A DNA stretch of 64,000 bases, taken from assembly GCA_016926075.1 (NCBI GenBank), contig JAFGPG010000069.1, forward strand, positions 10,313 to 74,312. Reading direction: 5' to 3'. Shown here in pieces: positions 55,926 to 63,297 of this stretch (its first letter is position 1; every line of letters begins with the position of its first letter). A program made the position numbers and the translations under genes. Source of the stretch: Methanomassiliicoccales archaeon. Its GTDB lineage: Archaea; Thermoplasmatota; Thermoplasmata; Methanomassiliicoccales; UBA472. The notes under the pieces are model-generated. The model was not told the origin of the DNA, made no database searches, and saw nothing but the letters and a program-made list of their open reading frames with translations.

Positions 55926-56978
55926 ATGCTGGACATCCTTCTTGGGGGGCTCGAGAGCGGCATAGATGGCCTGATCGAATACCTCTCAGAACACACCCTG
56001 ACTTGTCTGATACCCGCCTTCTTCATCGCCGGGGCCATTGCCGCCTTCGTGAAGAAGGAGGCCATCCTCAAATACTTCGGACCGCAGACCAAGAAATTCA
56101 TATCATATCCCGTGGCCTCTGTCTCCGGGATCGTCCTGGCCGTGTGCAGTTGCACAATATTACCACTGTTCGCCGGAATATACAAGAAGGGCAGCGGACT
56201 GGGGCCGGCCATCACCTTCCTGTTCGCTGGGCCGGGGATCAATATACTGGCGATCATCTATACGGCTCAGGTGCTGGGATACGACATCGGTCTGGCCAGG
56301 GCGGTGGCGGCCATCGGGATGTCCCTTATCGTGGGCGCGATCATGGGCTGGATGTTCCGGAACGAACGACCCCAGGGTGAGTTCAAACTGCTTTCAAGTG
56401 GTGAAGGGAAGCCCCGATGGGTAATGTTCAGTTTCTTCCTGCTGCTGGTCCTCATCATGGTCGTAGGCGCCGCCAAGATAGAGTGGGTCCCCAAGCTGGC
56501 CATAATCTATGTCCTGACCTTATTGATAGCCTACCTGGTCATCTACCACTTCGAAAGGGAGGAGGTGACTGACTGGGGGCTGGAGACCTGGGACCTGACC
56601 AAGAAGATCTTTCCCATACTGCTCATCGGGACCTTCCTCGTCGGTGTGCTGGCCTTCTTTCTGCCCCCGGAGACCTTCAGGCCTTACCTGGGGGAGAACA
56701 CCATACCGGCAAACCTTGTAGCCGCGTTCATGGGCACAATACTCTACATGCCTACATTGCTGGAGGTACCTATTATAGGCACCACCTTCGGTTATTCCAC
56801 GGGGGTCATGGCCGCCGGCCCTGCCCTATCCCTCCTGCTGGCCGGTCCTACAGTAAGCGCACCCTCACTTGTAGTGCTCTGGAGGATCATGGGCTGGAAG
56901 AGGACCGTGGTCTATGCCCTTCTAGTGGTGGCGGCCTCATCCCTGGCCGGATTGATCTTTGGGACTATGATGGGGTGA
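55926..56978 (+). CDS. COG0701-type permease (ArsP-like / two-Cys membrane permease family)
   Basis: 350 aa from ATG 55926 (track TTG 55923). ...LTCLIPAFFIAGAIAAF...VLAVCSCTILPLFAGIYKKGSGLGPAITFLFAGPGINILAI... matches the family's Cys-x-Cys TM motif. Confidence 0.8.
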   Translation: MLDILLGGLESGIDGLIEYLSEHTLTCLIPAFFIAGAIAAFVKKEAILKYFGPQTKKFISYPVASVSGIVLAVCSCTILPLFAGIYKKGSGLGPAITFLFAGPGINILAIIYTAQVLGYDIGLARAVAAIGMSLIVGAIMGWMFRNERPQGEFKLLSSGEGKPRWVMFSFFLLLVLIMVVGAAKIEWVPKLAIIYVLTLLIAYLVIYHFEREEVTDWGLETWDLTKKIFPILLIGTFLVGVLAFFLPPETFRPYLGENTIPANLVAAFMGTILYMPTLLEVPIIGTTFGYSTGVMAAGPALSLLLAGPTVSAPSLVVLWRIMGWKRTVVYALLVVAASSLAGLIFGTMMG

Positions 56979-57049
56979 TGATATAACATTCGGACGGAGG
57001 AGCTCAGAATGAGGACGGAGAGGGCGTTGGACTCGCGAGGTGATATAAT

Positions 57050-57283
57050 ATGAGGATCGAGGTTTTCGGTATCGGATGCGTGAAGTGCAAGAGGCTGGAG
57101 AAGAACGTAAGGGAGGCGCTGGCCAAGGCCGGGGTAGATGCCGAGGTGGTCAAGGTGGATGATATGACGGCCATCATGGACCAGGGCATCATGGTCACAC
57201 CCGCCCTGGCCATCGACGGAGAGGTCAAGTTCATGGGCAAGGTGCCCTCGGTGGAAGAGCTGATCGGCATGATCAAGGGGTGA
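57050..57283 (+). CDS. thioredoxin-fold redox-active disulfide protein 2 family
   Basis: 77 aa. MRIEVFGIGCVKCKRLEKNV (CxxC) ...TPALAIDGEVKFMGKVPS. GAGGTGAT SD upstream. Confidence 0.85.
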   Translation: MRIEVFGIGCVKCKRLEKNVREALAKAGVDAEVVKVDDMTAIMDQGIMVTPALAIDGEVKFMGKVPSVEELIGMIKG

Positions 57284-57288
57284 GAGGT

Positions 57289-57680
57289 ATGGCCGAGGTG
57301 AGATGCGCCTGCGAGGGCGGTTCGGTGATCGTCTATCCCTGTTCCGGCGCCGCCAACCTGGGACAGGCCTACAACGAGATGGGGCTCAGATTGATGGAAC
57401 AGGGCAGGGCCATCATGTCCTGCCTGGCCGGTGTGGGGGCCACGTTCCCAATCTCACGATGTCCGCCAAGAGCGCGGACCTTGTCATAGCCCTGGACGGA
57501 TGTCAGGTGGAATGCGCCAGGAAGGTCCTGGAACATGCGGGGGTGAAGCCCGGCGTGCACATCGTGGCCACCGAACTGGGATTGACCAAGAAGGTAGATG
57601 AAAGGTGGACGGAGGAGCAGGTGCAGGTCATTGACCAGGCCTTGAGCATCAGGATGCCGAGGAGAAGCTTTCCCGAATGA
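57289..57680 (+). pseudogene. DGC-domain putative zinc-binding protein, interrupted by a 1-nt frameshift in a G5 run
   Basis: Frame A (57289-57489) reads MAEVRCACEGGSVIVYPCSGAANLGQAYNEMGLRLMEQGRAIMSCLAGVG then nonsense and TAG. Frame B (to 57680) reads HVPNLTMSAKSADLVIALDGCQVECARKVLEHAGV.... One extra G at 57435-57439 restores ...CLAGVGGHVPN.... Confidence 0.8.
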
Positions 57681-58021
57681 GGGCCCTGGTCCATACCCCG
57701 AAGAGATGGACGGAATCCCTACCAAAGGCCGAGTTCTCCATCGATCCACGGATGTCTCCCGACCTCGGAGAGCGCACGGAGCGTCGACCGTGGATATGAA
57801 TGCATGATCCCCTTCATGAACAGGTGCGCGATTCCCGTTCCATCATTGGTGCGAGATGACCCGGCATCCCATTGATGGAACATCGTTCGTACCCTTATTC
57901 CTTTCACGCGCGGCAGGATGCCAATTGGGTGAAAAGAGCGATCGTGGCATGGTTAAGTATGCCCTTCATACATCGATCCTGGCCCATGGACGACATGACC
58001 GGTCACTGGAGAGTGATCATG

Positions 58022-58056
58022 AAAAAATAAAAAAAAGAAAGGAAAAAGGAAAAGGG
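58022..58056 (-). terminator. oligo-T terminator tract downstream of the MtaA-like gene
   Basis: The minus strand reads ccccttttcctttttcctttctttttttttatttttt, starting 5 nt after the stop. Archaeal terminators are oligo-T runs. Confidence 0.6.
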
Positions 58057-58060
58057 GCGT

Positions 58061-59068
58061 TCAACCCTTGATGGCCTTTACCAGTGCAGTCAGGTTGTCG
58101 TTCTCGATCAACGCGGAGAGCCCGCATCCCGGAGCGACCACATTGAAACCGGCGGCGGCGCAGCGCTTCGCATGGGCCATACAATCCGCCGGGGTCCCCT
58201 GCAGCAATGGGTTGACCACGCCGATGTTACCGATAAGGGCGGCGCGCTTGTTGACGATCTTCACGCCCTCCTCCGGAACGACCTTCTCCTCGATGGACAA
58301 GGCCTTCACTCCGACAGCTATCATGTTGTTCAGGATGTCGGTCGTGTTGCCGCATATGTGCAGCACACCGATGCCGCCCCTGATGGTCGCCAACGAATCG
58401 CCCATGTAGTTCCCGGCGTACTCGGTGAACATGTCCGGGGACAGCAGATCGGTGCTGGCGGACGGTTCGGACATCTGCACCACGTCGCCACCAGCATCAG
58501 CCAGGGCCTGGGTGTAGGCCTTGCAGATGACGTTGGCGGCAGCGACCCACTTCTTGACCAGGTCCGGGTCCACCATGATGTACAGCACGAGGTTCTCGGT
58601 GCTGACGCAGTGACCAGCCAGGGTGAAGGGTCCAGTGTTACCAGCGATGACCGGGTATTCGGCACCATGGCTGGCCTTCAGTTTCCCTATGGCCTCCTGG
58701 ACGATCGCGGCTCGGCCGCTCTTCAGGAATTCATCAGGCGCCATGAGGTTCGGCTCGTCCTCGAGGGCGAAGGGGTGTCCCTTGACCATCGGGGTCCTGT
58801 CCTTGCGTCCCTGTTCGACGGTGGTCACTTTCAGGCTGTCGATCTCGACGGTCAGGCAGAACGGGGCGCGCACGGCCTCGAACCCGAAGACCTCGGCCTG
58901 AGCCGCGCCCAATTTCGCCATCTTGTCAGCGTCATAGTGGGCCTCTGGCCAGGCAACGCCGATCTTGTCCATCTGTCCCATCGTAGCGCTTTGGGTGAAG
59001 ATAGCGACCGGTGGCCGGTCGAGGTCCTTCAGAGCCAATGCGTCCATCACTCTTTCCCTTGGAGTCAT
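58061..59068 (-). CDS. methylcobamide:CoM methyltransferase (MT2; MtaA/MtbA/MtsA-like, URO-D family)
   Basis: ATG 59068 gives MTPRERVMDAL (track start TTG 59077). Zn motif VLHICGNT plus downstream APGCG. URO-D fold length of about 335 aa. Confidence 0.88.
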   Translation of the reverse strand: MTPRERVMDALALKDLDRPPVAIFTQSATMGQMDKIGVAWPEAHYDADKMAKLGAAQAEVFGFEAVRAPFCLTVEIDSLKVTTVEQGRKDRTPMVKGHPFALEDEPNLMAPDEFLKSGRAAIVQEAIGKLKASHGAEYPVIAGNTGPFTLAGHCVSTENLVLYIMVDPDLVKKWVAAANVICKAYTQALADAGGDVVQMSEPSASTDLLSPDMFTEYAGNYMGDSLATIRGGIGVLHICGNTTDILNNMIAVGVKALSIEEKVVPEEGVKIVNKRAALIGNIGVVNPLLQGTPADCMAHAKRCAAAGFNVVAPGCGLSALIENDNLTALVKAIKG

Positions 59069-59077
59069 TTTTGCCAA

Positions 59078-59272
59078 ATCTATTCCCCCTATAATCCAGT
59101 AGGATTCTGACCTGTCGGAATATCCATTTTACTGTACATTAATCTATCGGGTCTTTCGATGCGTATACTCTCATATAAACAAGTTCAACCCTTGAACACT
59201 GGCTGGATGGTCTTTCTACGAAACGATTGTAAAATTATTAACAAGTGTTCAATCATCCCGGACTTTCCAGTC
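59078..59272. promoter_or_regulatory. AT-rich internal promoter region upstream of the MtaA-like gene
   Basis: 195-bp AT-rich spacer. The minus strand carries TTTATATGA (59171-59180), and the palindrome GTTCAA-CCC-TTGAAC (59183-59197) lies just upstream of it. Confidence 0.45.
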
Positions 59273-60307
59273 CTATGCCTTCCACCCCTGTACAGCCTCC
59301 CTGAGGGCGACGATGTTACCCAAGGGGGTCTTGAAGGGCATCTCACATCCGGGAGCGATCATGAAGCCCGCCCCCTCCCCCCAATCCCCGTGCATGGCAT
59401 CGACCTCCATGACCACCTCCTCCGGCGTGCCCTGGAAGAGCAGGAACATGTGGTCTATGCCCCCGATGACCGTGGTCCGTCCCCTGAACTTTTCATAGGA
59501 GGAGGCACGGTCCTCTCTTCGGGGAGTGAAGTGCAGGGCGACCGGCCGCATGGCCAGATATCCATCCAGATATGGATCGGAGGAGCAATTGTGCACTATG
59601 GAACCCAACCCCTGCGACGTGAAGGAGGACAGAACCTTGGAGAGGTTCCCCAGGTCGAAACGTTCCAAACCCTCAACAGAATTGGTGTCCAGCCCGCAGC
59701 TCCCGTCCTCTATGAACACGTGCCCTACGCCCATCTGCGCCAACCGCTCCCCGTAGGCCGCCGAGGACTGGACCATGACGTCCATCAGCCCCTGGACCAG
59801 GTCCGGATCGGTCCATGTGGCTATGAGCAGAGATTCGTATCCCATCACCTCCCCTGCCATCATCATGGGTCCCGTGATGCATCCCAGCACCGGCAGCTCC
59901 TTGCCCACACTCTCCTGCATGAGCCCCGCGGCCCGCAGGGGGACCGACCATCCCTCGTCCTTCAGGGGGTCCACCGGACGCACGCGGTCCAGTTCGGAAA
60001 GGGAGGCGATGGCGTAGCGCTCCACGCGGGGATAGTAGTCCCGTTCCGGCCATCTCCAGCTGGTACCATGGGCATGCGCCTCCACCAAAAGGTCCCCCCA
60101 ACCGGCCATGACGTTGTCGAAGCCGGTCACCCGCTGAGCGGCGATGGCGATGCGGGCAAAGGCCTCGGGGTCCTCCATGCCCTGACGGATGCTCAGGCCG
60201 GTCGCTCCCAGGATGCTATTGGCCGCTCCCAGATGCTGGTACATGATGGGCGGATGATCGACCGCCTCACTTTTTAACGCCCCTTCGAAACGTTCCCGGG
60301 GGGTCAT
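59273..60307 (-). CDS. second URO-D-family, Zn-type corrinoid methyltransferase paralog (substrate unknown)
   Basis: 344 aa, MTPRERFEGAL. HxC motif as IVHNCSS and APGCE downstream. Only distantly similar to the neighbouring MtaA-like protein. Confidence 0.8.
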   Translation of the reverse strand: MTPRERFEGALKSEAVDHPPIMYQHLGAANSILGATGLSIRQGMEDPEAFARIAIAAQRVTGFDNVMAGWGDLLVEAHAHGTSWRWPERDYYPRVERYAIASLSELDRVRPVDPLKDEGWSVPLRAAGLMQESVGKELPVLGCITGPMMMAGEVMGYESLLIATWTDPDLVQGLMDVMVQSSAAYGERLAQMGVGHVFIEDGSCGLDTNSVEGLERFDLGNLSKVLSSFTSQGLGSIVHNCSSDPYLDGYLAMRPVALHFTPRREDRASSYEKFRGRTTVIGGIDHMFLLFQGTPEEVVMEVDAMHGDWGEGAGFMIAPGCEMPFKTPLGNIVALREAVQGWKA

Positions 60308-60349
60308 GAGGAAGGGTAGGCCGCTTGAAAGTATTATGCTTTACCAGGA

Positions 60350-60817
60350 TCAGTCCTTGATGCGCTTCTCCTTCTCGTAGAAATCGTTGATGATCTCGTA
60401 GTCGATGCCCCGCTGCCTCATGAAGTCGTTGGTGAAGCTCAGCGAGGCCTCCCGCACCTGGGGGTCCCACATACCGTGAACGATGACGTGCACGATGAGC
60501 TCCCCCCGTACCATCACCGTCCCGTCGAAACGGTTCTGCACGGACGGGGGAATGTCCAGATCGATGAGGCTGACGCTGATGGTCGACCCCCCTTCGGCCG
60601 TAAGGAAGGACTTGATGTGCCCGATCATGTCCGCCCCCCGTCTGAAGCACTCCTCTGTAATGCCCTGGACCAGGTCCAGGACCATGCTCTCCGACCCTTC
60701 CTGGTCCAGCGGGTCCCGGACGTAGAGGCGCAACCACATGGAGAACTTGCCCAGCTCGTCCGTGGCCCGGTGCGTCAACAGCTGCCTCTCCTTCTGGTCC
60801 ATCTCATCACTCCCCAT
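60350..60817 (-). CDS. 155-aa hypothetical protein, possibly a detached CobW C-terminal-like domain
   Basis: Overlaps the G3E GTPase gene by 11 nt; alternative ATG 60802 lies 4 nt after its stop. ...MIGHIKSFLTAEGGSTISVSLIDLD...GELIVHVIVHGM... is reminiscent of the CobW_C pattern. Confidence 0.6.
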   Translation of the reverse strand: MGSDEMDQKERQLLTHRATDELGKFSMWLRLYVRDPLDQEGSESMVLDLVQGITEECFRRGADMIGHIKSFLTAEGGSTISVSLIDLDIPPSVQNRFDGTVMVRGELIVHVIVHGMWDPQVREASLSFTNDFMRQRGIDYEIINDFYEKEKRIKD

Positions 60818-61478
60818 ATTCCTTGTCGAAGCGGTCCTCCGCCTCGGTCATGTCCTGGCCGCTCACCTTTTCATGCACCATCAGGTCCGCCACCTCCTTG
60901 ACCCCCTGACCGGTGCGGGAGGAGCCGTATAGGATGCGGACCTGAGGATTGATCCCTCGGACCATGTCGGTGACGCATTGCAGTCGCAAGGCGTCCACCG
61001 CGTCCACTTTGTTGATGAGCACCACATCGGCCTCCACGATCTGTGTCTCCACCAGGCGCCGCACGTTGTCCATGAGCCTGTCGATGCGCAGGGCGTCCAC
61101 GAAGGTGATGATGGGGGACTGCTCCAACATCTTGGGCATCCTCTTGACCGTCTCCGCCGCTGCCTGCCTCAGACCCAATGGTATGGCCACCCCGGTGGGC
61201 TCCACCAATATGACGTCCGGCCGGAAGCTCATGAAGATGTTGGTGACGGTGGTGGTCAGGGTGCCCTGCACCTCGCAGCATATGCACCCTCCGGAGATCT
61301 CCCGGGTATGTATCCCATGCACCTCCATGCACCTGCGGTCCACGTTTATATGCCCCACGTCGTTGACGATGGTTGCCACTTTAAGACCACGGGAGCTCAT
61401 CTCCTTGGCCACCTCTATGAGGAAGGAGGTCTTGCCGCTACCCAAGAACCCTGTCACCTGGGCTATCCGCATTTTCAT
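60807..61478 (-). CDS. G3E-family metallochaperone GTPase (CobW/ZigA/YjiA-like), N-terminal domain only
   Basis: ATG 61478 gives MKMRIAQVTGFLGSGKTS (Walker A). Also GGCICCE (CxCC), ILVEPTG and LINKVD (NKxD). The upstream 54 codons of track ORF 60807..61640 are rejected. Confidence 0.85.
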   Translation of the reverse strand: MKMRIAQVTGFLGSGKTSFLIEVAKEMSSRGLKVATIVNDVGHINVDRRCMEVHGIHTREISGGCICCEVQGTLTTTVTNIFMSFRPDVILVEPTGVAIPLGLRQAAAETVKRMPKMLEQSPIITFVDALRIDRLMDNVRRLVETQIVEADVVLINKVDAVDALRLQCVTDMVRGINPQVRILYGSSRTGQGVKEVADLMVHEKVSGQDMTEAEDRFDKEYGE

Positions 61479-61638
61479 CACACCGGCGCCCTCTATGGCG
61501 TTAATGATATAATTCCATTGCTCCTGAGCACCGTGGGCGACCGCTCTGCTTTCAAGGTACTGGAGCGCATTGAAAACCATCGAAGATTCGGGGACAACAT
61601 TATAAATGAAGTGAGGATATTGTCCCCCGAGGTTATCC
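61479..61638. promoter_or_regulatory. divergent promoter region; 8-bp inverted repeat GGGGACAA-N22-TTGTCCCC brackets the ramA TATA-like box
   Basis: Arms at 61590-61597 and 61620-61627. TTATAAAT at 61600-61607. GAGGT SD at 61629-61633. Confidence 0.55.
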
Positions 61639-63297
61639 ATGGCTTTGGGAGTCGCGCTCGACTTGGGAACTAGCGGTTACCGGGGGCATTTGGTCGATCT
61701 GGATAAAAAGGGGAAGATTCTGGCCACGGCCATCACTATGAGGCACCCCCTGCCGGGGGCCAATATCATGGACCATCTCCATTTCTGGTTAGAGAATGGA
61801 GCGGACGTGGGCCACCGCATTGTCATCGAGACGGTGGACAAGCTGATAACCAGTCTGGGCGCCAAACCGGAGAGGATCGAGCGTGTTTCGGTATGTGGTA
61901 ACCCGGCCCAGATGTCCATGTTCGAGAAGATCGAGATCAGGGACCTGGCCTACGCCGGCCAGTCCATTTTGAAAAGACTGAACGTCAAGATCCCAGAGAG
62001 AAGGGCACATACCATCAAGGCCGAGGAGCTGGGCATAAGTGCCGTACGGCCCACCGCTGACGTTCGCATACCCCCGGCCATTCGCCACGAGATCGGGGCG
62101 GACGCCCTGGCCATGATCATGAAGACCGGACTGATGGAGAAGAAGGAGACCTGCATAGTGACCGATTACGGCACCAATGCGGAGATGGGGCTCTTCTACA
62201 AGGGCGAACTGTACAGTGGCTCCGCCGCGGCGGGACCGGCCATGGAAGGCCAGTCCATCGACTTCGGCATGCTGGCCGCGCCCCAGGCCATATCCGATAT
62301 CAATCTGGGCGAGAACGGAAGATGGTACAACGTGGTGCTCAACGACAAGCTGCATCCCATCAAGTCCGCCCTGGTCGATCCACGGAGCGGGGAGGAGCAG
62401 CGACTGGACGGGGTCATCGCCAGGGGAATCACCGGCACCGGCACCGTAGCGGCCATGGCCGTGGGGCTGGAGACGGGGATCATCAAACTACCTTACGTGG
62501 ATACCCCCGACCGCAAGATCCACCTGACCAACGGCATATACTTCTGCGAGGAGGATGTCCGGGAGGCGGGCAAGGCCAGCGGGGCCATCCGCGCTGGCCA
62601 TCGCACCCTCATCGAGGAGGTGGGAGTAGAGGACGAGGAGGTCAAGACCATGTACATGGCCGGGGCCTCAGGCACATACGTCGATCCCTTAAAGGCGCAG
62701 GTCGTGGGACTCATACCGCGCATCCTGGAGAGGACCGTACAGGCCGGCAACACATCCCTCATGATGTCCTACGACATCCTGGTGGACGATGACGGTCTGG
62801 ACAAGATGCAGGACGTGGCCAATGCCATCTCCAGCAAGCATATCATGTTCGCCCTGAGCAAGGTCTTCGAGGACATCTATGTCAACGAGATCGCCTATTG
62901 GACGGAGGGGATGAGTATGGAGATGTACAACCAGATGGTCAAGGACTCCGGCCTGAGGCCGCTTCCGGACATCAAGCGTCCCAAGGAGATCATTCGCCTG
63001 GTGGTCTCGGACATACCGGTCATCGGGGCCCGCGGCCTACGCACCTTGGACGACGTGGGGGTGTACCTGCTCGGTTCCTTCGAGGGCTGCACGGGCTGCA
63101 AGAAATGCGCTCGAAGCTGCCCTGAATGCGCGCTGATGGTCTCCTCCGTCGGTGATAAGAAGGACAAGAAGTTCCTGGTGAGGGTCAACACCGAGCACTG
63201 TCTGGGCACGGCCTGCAAGAAGTGCCAGTCCTCATGCCCAGAAGGGGTCCTCGATTTCAGCGCCCTCTCCATCGTCAAGAAAGGGGCTGACGTTTAA
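61639..63297 (+). CDS. ramA: corrinoid protein reductive activase (RamA-type: ASKHA ATPase + C-terminal 2x[4Fe-4S] ferredoxin domain)
   Basis: 552 aa with ALDLGTSGYRGHLVD and VTDYGTNAEMG. C-terminal CTGCKKCARSCPEC and CLGTACKKCQSSCPEG. Confidence 0.85.
   Translation: MALGVALDLGTSGYRGHLVDLDKKGKILATAITMRHPLPGANIMDHLHFWLENGADVGHRIVIETVDKLITSLGAKPERIERVSVCGNPAQMSMFEKIEIRDLAYAGQSILKRLNVKIPERRAHTIKAEELGISAVRPTADVRIPPAIRHEIGADALAMIMKTGLMEKKETCIVTDYGTNAEMGLFYKGELYSGSAAAGPAMEGQSIDFGMLAAPQAISDINLGENGRWYNVVLNDKLHPIKSALVDPRSGEEQRLDGVIARGITGTGTVAAMAVGLETGIIKLPYVDTPDRKIHLTNGIYFCEEDVREAGKASGAIRAGHRTLIEEVGVEDEEVKTMYMAGASGTYVDPLKAQVVGLIPRILERTVQAGNTSLMMSYDILVDDDGLDKMQDVANAISSKHIMFALSKVFEDIYVNEIAYWTEGMSMEMYNQMVKDSGLRPLPDIKRPKEIIRLVVSDIPVIGARGLRTLDDVGVYLLGSFEGCTGCKKCARSCPECALMVSSVGDKKDKKFLVRVNTEHCLGTACKKCQSSCPEGVLDFSALSIVKKGADV

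Noticed and set aside
57719-58071. 62-aa minus and 71-aa plus ORFs in the long convergent spacer
   Set aside because: They have no SD and odd composition, and the plus ORF runs through the polypurine tract into the MtaA-like gene end. They are treated as non-coding.
58172-60277. 312-aa and 372-aa plus ORFs
   Set aside because: They are antisense to the two URO-D-family methyltransferase genes.
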